DNA of 64,000 nt, from the NCBI GenBank assembly GCA_965230955.1, contig OZ246404.1, forward strand, positions 417,184 through 481,183, written 5' to 3'. This DNA is from an uncultured Candidatus Saccharibacteria bacterium. Its GTDB lineage: Bacteria > Patescibacteriota > CALEFQ01. Within the stretch, counting starts at the first letter, position 1, and every line of letters begins with the position of its first letter. The translations under genes and the position numbers were made by a program. Shown piece after piece: positions 48,216 to 57,611 of the stretch. The notes beneath the pieces were generated by a model that saw nothing but the letters and a program-made list of their open reading frames with translations, did no database searches and was not told where the DNA came from.

Positions 48216-50189
48216 TTAGCGCAGCATGACTTTATCTATCACGTCGTTATAGTAATCGCAGACGTAGAGAGCGGAACCGTCGGTACCGCGCTGGGCGATG
48301 CCTTTGGGATTATTCCAGCGGGTGGCACTGCCGGCGCCGGTATATAGTCCGCGCTCGCCATTCCCGGAAATGGTTCTGGTGCCGCCGGCTTCAAAGTCGT
48401 ACATGCGCACGCGTTGATTGCCGGCATCGGTGAAGTATAGATTTTGATCCGTGCCGACGATAATACCTTCCGGATAATTGAGAACCGCTTTGCGGCCGGA
48501 TCCTTCGCGATAACCAGCCCGGCCGGCGCCGGTGACGGTACTGATATTGAGCGTATTGACGTCAAGACTGCGGATGACGTGATTTTGTTTGTCGGTGATG
48601 TAGAGGCTTATCCCGTTTTTATCCAGGGCCAAGTTGTAAGGACCATTCAGTTCTGCCAATGGGCCAAAGCCGTCCTTATAACCGGCATTACCGTTGCCGG
48701 CCAGCAGCCGGGTGCGACCGCTTCTGATATCCACTTCGCGAATGCGGTTGTTACCGGAATCAGCGACGTAAAGCTTGGTGCCGGCTTTGTTTATCGCCAA
48801 TCCGGTGGGGCGGTTAAAGTAAGCGCAGCCGGATTTGCCCAAGTTGAATTCATCGGCGCAGGGTCCGCCTTCTTTGTAGGCGGAGTAAGTCCCGTAGAAA
48901 TTCGTTTTACCGGCGCCGGTTAAGTAACTGGAAGTTCGGGTGGCGATATCGAATTTGCGGATCCGGTGATTATTTCGGTCGGCCAGGTAAATGGTTTTGT
49001 TGTCCGGAGAGAGCACGATCTGGGTCGGATCGCTAAAGCGTACTTTTTCGCCGGTGCCTTCGACGTAATTATCCATCACGTGTCCGGCCAGATAGGTGGT
49101 TTTTTTGTCGACGATATTGAATTGAATCAGTTTGTTGTTTTGCACGAAATACATTTTCTGTCCGTCGGAAGACCAAGCGATGGCATGAGGTCGGCCGAGG
49201 ATCGTTTGGGTCAAGGTGCCGTATTGGTCGCCAAACCGGTGGATACCGGCCACTTGTTTTTCGTCCTGTCCGTCCATATCGAATGAAAAAATCGAAGATC
49301 CGCCGCCAAACAAGACATAGAGCCGATCATTATAGATCTTGGTATCCGAAGCCCAATTGAGCCATTCGGTTTCCCGGCGGGAGGAGAGTAATGTCTTTTT
49401 CCCGCTGGCAATTTCAATTTTATAAATTTCATTATTGACGCCCTGTTTGCCGCCGGTCACGTAGAGATATTTTCCCTGGTAGGCCGCAATTCCGCCCAGA
49501 TCCTGGAATCCGCCGGCGAGACGGCGCTGACTGTTCACTTTGGTCAGATCGACTTCTACGATACTGCCGTTTCCTTCATTCACGGCATAGAGTTTTCGGC
49601 CGACCCAATCCAGTTTGGTGGGGCGCGACATCGGAGCGGCTACCACTTTCGGGATGCCTCCATCGAGGCCGACTTTAACAATGCGATTATTGCCAGTGTC
49701 GGAAATGTAGATTTCGTTCCCGCGGATAGTTAAACCGCGCGGTCGATTCAGGCCGGGAACCGGCAAAGTGATAATACTGGTACCCTCAACTCGGCGAATA
49801 ACGCTATTGAGTGTATCAGCGATATATAGTCGGTTGATGCGATCCAGGGCGACCGCTTCCGGTTCGGCGGTAGTGCCCATCGGGCGGAAACCGTCTTTCT
49901 TGCCGTATTCTCCGCTGACATTGGCGTAACTGCTGATTTTGGTGGTTTTACCGTCAATTTGACGAATGGTGTTGTTCTTGGTATCGGCGATAAAAATATT
50001 GCCTGATTTGTCGATGACAAACCCTTGCGGGGCATCGAGATAGGCATCAATCGCTTTCCGCCCGTCATAGATGTTGCGCTGTCCAAGATAGCGCGAGGTG
50101 TCTCCGACCGCTGCATGAGAAGCAACGGGTAGGAGGGTGAGGATCGAGGCGGCAACCAGCAACCCCGTGATCCATAGTGATCGCTTCAT
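48216..50189 (-). CDS. Secreted NHL-repeat beta-propeller protein
   Basis: Signal peptide; many P.G.......LYIADT.N..IR repeats. Confidence 0.88.
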   Translation of the reverse strand: MKRSLWITGLLVAASILTLLPVASHAAVGDTSRYLGQRNIYDGRKAIDAYLDAPQGFVIDKSGNIFIADTKNNTIRQIDGKTTKISSYANVSGEYGKKDGFRPMGTTAEPEAVALDRINRLYIADTLNSVIRRVEGTSIITLPVPGLNRPRGLTIRGNEIYISDTGNNRIVKVGLDGGIPKVVAAPMSRPTKLDWVGRKLYAVNEGNGSIVEVDLTKVNSQRRLAGGFQDLGGIAAYQGKYLYVTGGKQGVNNEIYKIEIASGKKTLLSSRRETEWLNWASDTKIYNDRLYVLFGGGSSIFSFDMDGQDEKQVAGIHRFGDQYGTLTQTILGRPHAIAWSSDGQKMYFVQNNKLIQFNIVDKKTTYLAGHVMDNYVEGTGEKVRFSDPTQIVLSPDNKTIYLADRNNHRIRKFDIATRTSSYLTGAGKTNFYGTYSAYKEGGPCADEFNLGKSGCAYFNRPTGLAINKAGTKLYVADSGNNRIREVDIRSGRTRLLAGNGNAGYKDGFGPLAELNGPYNLALDKNGISLYITDKQNHVIRSLDVNTLNISTVTGAGRAGYREGSGRKAVLNYPEGIIVGTDQNLYFTDAGNQRVRMYDFEAGGTRTISGNGERGLYTGAGSATRWNNPKGIAQRGTDGSALYVCDYYNDVIDKVMLR

Positions 50190-50199
50190 TTTGGTTTAT

Positions 50200-50571
50200 T
50201 TAATGATTTTTATAATTATTGATGGCGGCACGCAAGGCGTCAGCCGAAAAATTGGAACAGGAAAGTTTCTGTTTTGGTAGGCCGCCCAAAGCGTCAGCTA
50301 CATTTTGGTTGGTGATTTTTTCGGCGTCTGTGATTGTCTTTCCTTTGACTAGGGTTGTCAAAACCGAACTGGCGGCGACAGCGGCCACGCATCCCAGAGT
50401 TTGGAACTTAACTTGTTCTATTATACCATTTTTGACCTGCAAAGAAATCTTAATAGTATCGCCGCAACTTGGATTGCCGATCATTGCTTGTCCATTGGCG
50501 TTTGGGAGTTCGCCGTAGTTGCGGGGATGCTCAAAATGGTCGATAACAGTGGGGGAATAATCTAATTTCAT
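50200..50571 (-). CDS. iscU: Fe-S cluster scaffold IscU/NifU-like
   Basis: DHFEHPRN.G, NPSCGD, FQTLGC, K..C. Confidence 0.88.
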   Translation of the reverse strand: MKLDYSPTVIDHFEHPRNYGELPNANGQAMIGNPSCGDTIKISLQVKNGIIEQVKFQTLGCVAAVAASSVLTTLVKGKTITDAEKITNQNVADALGGLPKQKLSCSNFSADALRAAINNYKNH

Positions 50572-50660
50572 GCGTCCATTTTAGCACTTTTGGCGAGAAT
50601 CTCCAATTCTTTTCAAAATACTAATAATCTGGTAGAATAAACATAGCTGGATAGAAAAAT

Positions 50661-51137
50661 ATGACACAAACTAACATAATTTTTCGAGAAACCCAGAAAG
50701 GACCTTGGTGGATATGGGGTATCGGCTGGGCGTATATAGCTTTGGCGGGATATATCGCCTGGGAATTTCAGCGCTGGGGGAATGTTCTGGCCGCTTGGTG
50801 GATTATTCCGATACTCATGGTGGCCATGATAGTATTTTTGTTTCTGAATTTTACTCGCCTCAAGATTGTGATTACCGCCGAATTTTTAGAAGTATCCTTT
50901 GGTTTGTTTCACCATCGCATTGAGCGCCGGAAGATAACCGGGTTGCATGTTCTTTCGATCGGATTTCGGGAAACCGGCGGTTTGGGTTTTCGCCGTACCG
51001 GTGAGGGGCTGGATGTTTGGAATGTTCGTTTTGGCCCGGTGGTTCGGGTGGATAGCCAGAGCCAAAATCGACCGTTTGCTTTTTCTTCCGATCATCCTGA
51101 TAAAATTATAGCAGTCTTGACCGATAAAAAAAAATGA
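50661..51137 (+). CDS. Membrane protein with PH-like C-terminal domain
   Basis: Two TM helices, GGLGFR, FSSDHPD. Confidence 0.65.
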   Translation: MTQTNIIFRETQKGPWWIWGIGWAYIALAGYIAWEFQRWGNVLAAWWIIPILMVAMIVFLFLNFTRLKIVITAEFLEVSFGLFHHRIERRKITGLHVLSIGFRETGGLGFRRTGEGLDVWNVRFGPVVRVDSQSQNRPFAFSSDHPDKIIAVLTDKKK

Positions 51138-51523
51138 CCAGAACTTTTTTATTGGTATTATTTATGCTTGCCGGAGCCATGGTTTTTATAGGCTGTGGCG
51201 AACAAGCTAATGAGGCAACCCAAAAGACGGTTGACACTCTTACGGGCATAGATAAAGTCGAAACCGGGCAACAGGCCACGAAAGACTTGGCGGTCGCTCA
51301 GTGTCAGGCATTGTGGCAACAGAGATTCGCTCTGGGTGAAGATTTGTCCAGCGGTCCTTGCCTGGCGGATGTTATTACGACTGATTGGTCTTGTGATGTT
51401 GTGCACTCTCCGCGTATAGCAATTGATGACCTTTCCGCTAACCAGTGTTCGGCTTATCGTAACGGGGAGACTCATCATTTTGTCGAGCTGGATACCAGTG
51501 GTAAATTAATTAAAGCTCAGTAA
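51134..51523 (+). CDS. Putative lipoprotein with Cys motifs
   Basis: Lipobox FIGC; GPCL, DWSCDVVHSPR, NQC, HFVELD. Confidence 0.7.
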   Translation: MTRTFLLVLFMLAGAMVFIGCGEQANEATQKTVDTLTGIDKVETGQQATKDLAVAQCQALWQQRFALGEDLSSGPCLADVITTDWSCDVVHSPRIAIDDLSANQCSAYRNGETHHFVELDTSGKLIKAQ

Positions 51524-51527
51524 TTTT

Positions 51528-52793
51528 ATGAAAAAATATCTCCGTCTTTTATTCATTTTAAGCCTGTTGTTCGGAGCCCTGGGGATTGGCTCTGAAGTTT
51601 CCGCACAATCGGCATATGTTGATCTCTCCGCGGAGGAAGTGACGGCGGGCTATATTTTCAGCCAAGCCGGTTTTGAATTACAAATCAAACCACATGTTTT
51701 ATCGGAAAAAGCGACCTTGGCGTTTAAGGATCTGGGAGATGATTATCCGGCAATTAGCGGCTATAACCGAATCAGTGATATTTATCAGTATGATGTTCGC
51801 TTGGCACATCCTCGTATTTTGGAACAGCGATTGATCGCCAAAATAAAATTTGATTCCGCCAAAAACAACAGCAAGCAAATCTATGCCTGGGATCGAGCCA
51901 AGGCCAAGTGGCTGCCTCTGCCGACCGGCATCGATTGGGATAAAAAGGAGGCGGTGACGGAAGTTCCTTTTCCGTTCTTGAATATTGCTGTTTTTGAAAA
52001 TCAACGGCCGTATCGAGAGCAATTAAGTTCAACCGGACAGCCGGGCTTGATCGCTCGAGCCGCTGTCAGTATTGATGCTCAGACCGGTGAGATCTTGTAT
52101 CAGAAAAACGCCACCCGACAGCACTCGATGGCCAGTCTGACCAAAATGATGACGGCGCTGGTTTTTCTGGATCACAATCCCGGCTGGCAAAAACAAGTTA
52201 CCATGGTGGCGGCTGATAATGTCGGGGGAGCTACCGTCAATTTGAATGCGGGCGATGTTGTCACGGTTCGAGATCTGTTCGCGGTCATGCTAGTTGGGTC
52301 GAGAAATAATGCCGTCAAAGCTTTGGTGCGCGCTTCCGGGCTGTCGGAAAAGGATTTTGTTGTTGCGATGAATGAAAAGGCCGCCAAGCTTGGTTTGGAA
52401 AAAACTCATTTCGAAGAAACCACCGGGCTGAGCGCCGGCAATATGACTTCGGCGCTGGATTACGCCCGGCTGAGCCAAAAGGTTCTGCAGAAGAGTGAAA
52501 TTCGCTGGTTTTCTTCACTGCCGATGTATGGTTTTTCCACCAAAAACACTCGTCGGGCTTTGGCGGTAAACAATACCAACAAGCTGGTGCGCGGGTCGCG
52601 ACCGCTGATCGGCGGCAAAACCGGTTTTACTTACGAGGCGGGATATTGCCTGATGACTTGGCAAAAGAAAGAATCCGGCCGGAGCGGGGAAATTGTTAAT
52701 GTCGTTTTGGGGGATCCGCACTACGCGGATACTTTTAGTGATACGCAGAGAGTGTCTGACTGGGTTTTTAGCGCTTATCGCTGGAATTTATGA
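51528..52793 (+). CDS. Peptidase S11 D-Ala-D-Ala carboxy/endopeptidase with extra N-terminal domain
   Basis: ASLTKMMT (SxxK), SRN (SxN), GKTGFT. Confidence 0.9.
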   Translation: MKKYLRLLFILSLLFGALGIGSEVSAQSAYVDLSAEEVTAGYIFSQAGFELQIKPHVLSEKATLAFKDLGDDYPAISGYNRISDIYQYDVRLAHPRILEQRLIAKIKFDSAKNNSKQIYAWDRAKAKWLPLPTGIDWDKKEAVTEVPFPFLNIAVFENQRPYREQLSSTGQPGLIARAAVSIDAQTGEILYQKNATRQHSMASLTKMMTALVFLDHNPGWQKQVTMVAADNVGGATVNLNAGDVVTVRDLFAVMLVGSRNNAVKALVRASGLSEKDFVVAMNEKAAKLGLEKTHFEETTGLSAGNMTSALDYARLSQKVLQKSEIRWFSSLPMYGFSTKNTRRALAVNNTNKLVRGSRPLIGGKTGFTYEAGYCLMTWQKKESGRSGEIVNVVLGDPHYADTFSDTQRVSDWVFSAYRWNL

Positions 52794-53536
52794 ACCGAAA
52801 AATACTGGCTATAATTTTAGGTGCCGGCGGCGGTTTGTTTACCGGCGCCAGTTTGGTGTCCTTGGTTTTCTATCCCAGTTACTTGCTGGCGGAATTTTTT
52901 GGCGGCTTGGCGGCAATTTTGATTTTGGCTGTTTTTGCCCTGGGAGAAAAACGACGACAGCGCTGGACAAGTATTTTTTTGGGCGCGGTGATTGTGACGG
53001 GTAATTTTTCTTTTGTCTTGCTCTTGGCCGGGACGCCTTTGCGTTGGATTATGATAGCGGTAGCCGGGTTGATGGCTGGTTTATGGTGTTGGAATCTCGG
53101 ACGGGAAACAATCAACGGCGGACTTAACCGCGGTCTGGGTTTGATTGCCTTGTTTTTTATTACCTATGGATTGGATACCATCGGTAATTTTTTCAGTTTA
53201 GTCCAATGGCAATTGATTGCCGGGCTCTTTTGTCTGATTCTGATGGTCGCCGGACCGGCTCTGGCGGTATTGGGAGAAGCTTCTTCCAAAGTTTGGCTCT
53301 ATTCCTTGGTGATCAGCCTGGGATTGGTCCAGTTGTGGTGGTGCCTGGAATTTTGGCCGACGACGCTAATGACAAACAGTTTGGTCATAGTCGCGGCGGC
53401 TTATTTTTTCCTTAGTATCGCCAGTCGGGCCTTGGTCGGCAGTCTTGACGCCCGTAAAATTTGGCAGTATGGTTTAATGTCGGGATTGATAATCGCTCTA
53501 GCCTTACTGACATCTCCTTGGCTATTAACTATGTAA
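52790..53536 (+). CDS. Hypothetical multi-pass membrane protein
   Basis: About 8 TM helices; FWP motif. Confidence 0.7.
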   Translation: MNRKILAIILGAGGGLFTGASLVSLVFYPSYLLAEFFGGLAAILILAVFALGEKRRQRWTSIFLGAVIVTGNFSFVLLLAGTPLRWIMIAVAGLMAGLWCWNLGRETINGGLNRGLGLIALFFITYGLDTIGNFFSLVQWQLIAGLFCLILMVAGPALAVLGEASSKVWLYSLVISLGLVQLWWCLEFWPTTLMTNSLVIVAAAYFFLSIASRALVGSLDARKIWQYGLMSGLIIALALLTSPWLLTM

Positions 53537-53539
53537 TCA

Positions 53540-54667
53540 ATGCGCGCCCTTTGGGTTTTTCTCTTGGTTATCATTGCGTTGATCGCCGGTATTATCGGCG
53601 GTGTTTTCACTAACTTCTGGCTTTTCCCGAAATTGGCAGAGATTCCGGCTTTTCAGGAGTATCTGCAATTGGATCAAGAAGGTCATACGATAGTGAAATT
53701 GATTGAAAAAGAAAAAGAAGTCATCACCGAAGACGAAGCGATTTTCGAGGCCTTGGAATTAAGTAAACCGGCGATGGTTTCGGTCGTATCGCAGTCGTCC
53801 GTGCCGGTTGATGCTTCACGTTTGTCCGGGACCGGTTTTTTCGTTTCGGCGGATGGCTTGGTTGCGACCAATAAACATTTGATCGGAGAGGGCGGAGCCG
53901 AACTTTCGGTGATCGATCGCAAAAATAATGTACATCGCGCTGTTCTGGTAATTCGCGATCCCTTAAGCGATTTGGCTTTGCTGAAGGTCGAGGGTGATAA
54001 TTTCCCCGTAGCGAATTTAGCCTCGGCTGATTCTGTTCAGCCGGGCCAGCGATTGATAGTTCCCGGCTCCGGGCTCGGCCACAATGCCGGTTTCGTGACT
54101 ACCGGATCGCTCTCGGCTACGAACCGGGGGATTGCCAGTCTGGGATCGGTTGAGATGGTCAGTCGTTTAGAAGGCGTGCTGGAAATTGAGGCTCTGGTAA
54201 ACAAAGAAAATACCGGTGGTCCGGTCTTGAATTATAATGGCCAGGTAATTGGTTTGGCGACAGATTTGGTTGGCGGCGGTCAATTAAGCTATGCTATTCC
54301 GGTTGAGATTTTGCGCGACGTGATAGATAAATATACGGATAAGCAATCACTGGTTCGATCGACACTCGGCTTGCATTATCAGACGATAACGCCCGATATC
54401 GCCCACCTGGAAAAATTGGAGGTCGAGCACGGGGCTCGTCTGCAGGGAGCCAGCGGGACATTAGCGGTAACGATTGGCGGTCCGGCATATCGAGCCGGTC
54501 TTAAGCAGGGAGATATTATCACCAAGCTTAATGGGGAAGATATCGATTTCCGAGTCGGATTAATGACTGAGTTGCAAGAGTTTAATCCCGGCACGGAAGT
54601 AGAAGTGACTTATTGGCGAAATGGCCAGGAACTAAAAGCCGTAGTGGTGGTAGGGGAAAGCAGGTAG
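53540..54667 (+). CDS. HtrA/DegP-like trypsin + PDZ protein with atypical nucleophile site
   Basis: TM anchor, GTGF, TNKH, DLALLK, ENTGGP in place of GNSGGP, PDZ (GPA..AGL..GDII). Confidence 0.88.
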   Translation: MRALWVFLLVIIALIAGIIGGVFTNFWLFPKLAEIPAFQEYLQLDQEGHTIVKLIEKEKEVITEDEAIFEALELSKPAMVSVVSQSSVPVDASRLSGTGFFVSADGLVATNKHLIGEGGAELSVIDRKNNVHRAVLVIRDPLSDLALLKVEGDNFPVANLASADSVQPGQRLIVPGSGLGHNAGFVTTGSLSATNRGIASLGSVEMVSRLEGVLEIEALVNKENTGGPVLNYNGQVIGLATDLVGGGQLSYAIPVEILRDVIDKYTDKQSLVRSTLGLHYQTITPDIAHLEKLEVEHGARLQGASGTLAVTIGGPAYRAGLKQGDIITKLNGEDIDFRVGLMTELQEFNPGTEVEVTYWRNGQELKAVVVVGESR

Positions 54668-54675
54668 AGAAAGGG

Positions 54676-54710
54676 GTCTTTAGTCTATGTCTTTGGTCTG
54701 TGGACAAAAG
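54676..54710. repeat. Degenerate heptamer array (GTCTTTA family)
   Basis: gtcttta gtctat gtctttg gtc tgtg gacaaaag. Confidence 0.55.
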
Positions 54711-54823
54711 AGAATGCGGTTCGAGACTGCTCCGGGAGCAGTATTTTTTACCCCAATATCCTTGACAAAAGAGTGGTATTGTGATAGGATTTGAAGTTAG
54801 TAATTTTTACTTAATTTTAGCCT

Positions 54824-55708
54824 ATGAAAGGCACTTATTTACAAGTGATTAAGCACCAGTGGAAACTGATTGTTTCGGTGGTTATTGTCGCGGTCGTATT
54901 GAGCTTGGTGCTTTCCGTTATGCAAAAACCGATGTATCGGACTTCGGCGGAGCTTTTAATTGTGCCAAAAAATTTCGGCACCAACGATATATATACTTCG
55001 GCCAAAGCGGCGGAGCATTTAGCGCTGACCTTTTCCGAAGTCGTCTATACCAATTCATTTATGGCGTCGGCTTTGGGTAATAGTGCCGGCTTGTCTGATA
55101 ATTTCGGAATTTCTTCGCTGGACCGCAAAGAAAATTGGGCCAAGGCGATCGAGACTAAGGTTGTCAGCAATACCGGATTTTTGCAAATTGATGCGTATGC
55201 GCCGGACAAGCAACAGTCATCGCTTTTGGCTTATGCCATTACCAATACACTGGAAAAGCAGGCTAATCAATATTTGGGTCAGGAAGACAGTGTTACGGTC
55301 AAGGTGATAGATAATCCGATCACTTATGATCAAGTAGCCAAACCGAAAGTCGCCCAAAATGTTTTATTGGGTTTGATTCTCGGTATCTTGGCCGGTGTCG
55401 GCTTGGCTTTTGTTTTTCCTTTGGAGCGACAATCCAATTTTTTTGATGCAATTGCTAAATTACGCCGGAAAAATAATGAAATTACTCCTGAACAAGTTTT
55501 TTCAGCCAATCCTAACGAGGCTGGCGAACTGGAAGCCTCGACTGTGCCGGTGGCGGAAGAACAACCTGCGGCCATCCCGGCTGATTTGCCGGTAGCCGAA
55601 ACGGCGGCTACAGAGTCGTCTAAAATCGCCGTGGCGGAAAATGAGCCGATTGAATTGTCGCATGAAGAAAAGTCCGATCATTGGTTGAAAACCGGTGAAT
55701 TGGCTTAG
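54824..55708 (+). CDS. Wzz/CapA-like polysaccharide chain-length protein
   Basis: Two TM helices, P.Y...A.LLI, V.VID.P; promoter TTGACA-17-TAGGAT at 54762-54790. Confidence 0.8.
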   Translation: MKGTYLQVIKHQWKLIVSVVIVAVVLSLVLSVMQKPMYRTSAELLIVPKNFGTNDIYTSAKAAEHLALTFSEVVYTNSFMASALGNSAGLSDNFGISSLDRKENWAKAIETKVVSNTGFLQIDAYAPDKQQSSLLAYAITNTLEKQANQYLGQEDSVTVKVIDNPITYDQVAKPKVAQNVLLGLILGILAGVGLAFVFPLERQSNFFDAIAKLRRKNNEITPEQVFSANPNEAGELEASTVPVAEEQPAAIPADLPVAETAATESSKIAVAENEPIELSHEEKSDHWLKTGELA

Positions 55709-55758
55709 CTATATTTGATTCATAGTGTCTGTTTTTTCTAAAACGAGAGGAGGTTGTG

Positions 55759-56277
55759 ATGAAGAGGTTTCTTCCCCTGTTTGTACTGGTCGTTTTCTCG
55801 GGGTGTCTGAATCGTCAGGGCCCATCGATTGTAGAACAATTCTGCTTGATGGGTGTCTCGTCGGATGATTCCGGCATGGAATATCGGCCGTTGCCGATGG
55901 AGGCTGGTCTCGTTCCCGGGTTGTTGGCTTATCAGTATGATATCGAAAGCCAGCAGCTGACGACATTGTTCCGGATCGACTGGTTTTGCTATCGTTCCGA
56001 GGTCAATCCCGCGACGATTGCAACATTGGTTGATGAAATGTATCGGGGGCGAATAATTGACTCATTAATCGATTCTGAGACTGGCCAGATCAGGGGCGAC
56101 GCTGAAGATTACTTTGCCGATGGTTCAGCCGACAGGCGGTTGAACTGGTTGGTGAACGAAAGCTTGTTGGCTCGGAGAATCGAGGCTTCCGTCCGGATCC
56201 GAATCGTTGGAGCCGAGCTCTGGAATACCGGCGAAATCAATGATTGGCCGGTGTGGACCTGGGCCGACGAAAAATGA
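55759..56277 (+). CDS. Hypothetical lipoprotein
   Basis: SD GAGAGGAGG; lipobox VFSGC; downstream hairpins. Confidence 0.65.
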   Translation: MKRFLPLFVLVVFSGCLNRQGPSIVEQFCLMGVSSDDSGMEYRPLPMEAGLVPGLLAYQYDIESQQLTTLFRIDWFCYRSEVNPATIATLVDEMYRGRIIDSLIDSETGQIRGDAEDYFADGSADRRLNWLVNESLLARRIEASVRIRIVGAELWNTGEINDWPVWTWADEK

Positions 56278-56279
56278 AA

Positions 56280-56302
56280 GTAGCCCGCCGAAGGCGGGCT
56301 AC
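56280..56302. repeat. GTAG-type REP-like palindrome
   Basis: GTAG-CCCGCC-GAA-GGCGGG-CTAC. Confidence 0.55.
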
Positions 56303-56347
56303 AAAGGACGTGATCGCGCTTGCGTGATCCGCCCTTTTTCTTTTGAT

Positions 56348-57610
56348 CTATTTTTTGGGGCCGGTTTCGAGTATTTTTTTCACATTTTCTCGAAAATCGG
56401 TTGAAGGTAAGCGGTAATGGGTTTTTTTCGCGCCTTCGGCTATTTCATGGAGTCTGGTGCCGGAACGCGGGGACTTTTCGCCCGGTAAGGTCAAGGGAAA
56501 ATCGGGAGGCAGTTGTTCGTCTTTGATTATCAAACGATCGGCCCAACTGGGATTGGCTTGAGCGAGTTGCTCCGGAGTCATCCCGGCTTGGGCGGCTAAT
56601 TCACTGGGGCGCGGATGGTGAGTTTCTCCGAGGTGATACTGCAGTGTTTGTCCCGCTTGCAGATGGCGAGGATTATCGATTTTGTTCCAGCGCCTCAGGT
56701 TTTCTTCAGTCACTCCGAGATAGCGGGCGATTCGGAACAGTTTCTCGCCCTTTTTGACGGTATAGGTCTGACTGGGGCGAGTCTCGGATAAGTGAAATTG
56801 ATATTGCGTGGCGATTACCGGGGCTTCCAGCCGACCGGCGTCGGTCAGGTGCTCTTGGAAAAGTTGTCTGGTGGCAAAAAAGCGGGGAAGATAATTCAGC
56901 CTTTCTTTGGCGGAACTCTGGGTGAAAGCATCTATTGAATTACGCTCTTGCATAACATGTTTGATATATTCTTTCCAATCGTCCTCAAAGCGCGAGGCCA
57001 TGCCGGAATGATAAGCTTGGATGGCTTTTTCCCAAGAATCAATTCTCTGGCCGTTATCGCGCAAGTTTTTCAGCAGTCTGGCGGCGGCTCGACTGGCTAA
57101 AAAAGGATCGCGTCGTTCGTCGATTTTTGGGGAAACAGTCAGTCCGAAAGATTTGGCGGTCGCTTCGGTGAATTGGAAGGGGCCGTGAGCTTGGCGGTGT
57201 GATTTTGCTTTGAATTCAAATCCGCTTTCGGGCAGAGCCAGCAGGGCTAATTGGGCAGGCACGCCTTCCTGTCGGAAAATTTCCATGGCGTGGGGAAGAT
57301 ACGGGGCCGCGGCTTTCAGCCGTTCTTTGAAATCTGTTTTTAGTTTAGCTTTTTCTAATTTAATCAGATCTTTAATGAAAAGATCTTTTGGTTCGGGGAT
57401 CTCGGCGAACAGTCGTTGGAATAGTTCCGCCGGTTCGCGCTCTGGAGTTTCTGGCTGGGGCGTGATTTCTTTTTTTGTCTCGGTGGCTGACCGATCTCCG
57501 CGTAGGCCCATTACCAAACCGGTTCCGACCGTGGCGAGTTTACTCGATTTTATCAGGAATTCACGCCGGCTCATTGGTTGTTCGAGGGGGGATGGTCCGC
57601 GTTCACCCAT
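56348..57610 (-). CDS. Lytic transglycosylase (SLT/MltD-like) with LysM
   Basis: PESGF, A.G.FQF...TA, IDERRDP, AYHSG, LysM YTVKKGE.L..IA; N-terminal SRREFL. Confidence 0.88.
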   Translation of the reverse strand: MGERGPSPLEQPMSRREFLIKSSKLATVGTGLVMGLRGDRSATETKKEITPQPETPEREPAELFQRLFAEIPEPKDLFIKDLIKLEKAKLKTDFKERLKAAAPYLPHAMEIFRQEGVPAQLALLALPESGFEFKAKSHRQAHGPFQFTEATAKSFGLTVSPKIDERRDPFLASRAAARLLKNLRDNGQRIDSWEKAIQAYHSGMASRFEDDWKEYIKHVMQERNSIDAFTQSSAKERLNYLPRFFATRQLFQEHLTDAGRLEAPVIATQYQFHLSETRPSQTYTVKKGEKLFRIARYLGVTEENLRRWNKIDNPRHLQAGQTLQYHLGETHHPRPSELAAQAGMTPEQLAQANPSWADRLIIKDEQLPPDFPLTLPGEKSPRSGTRLHEIAEGAKKTHYRLPSTDFRENVKKILETGPKK

Positions 57611-57611
57611 A

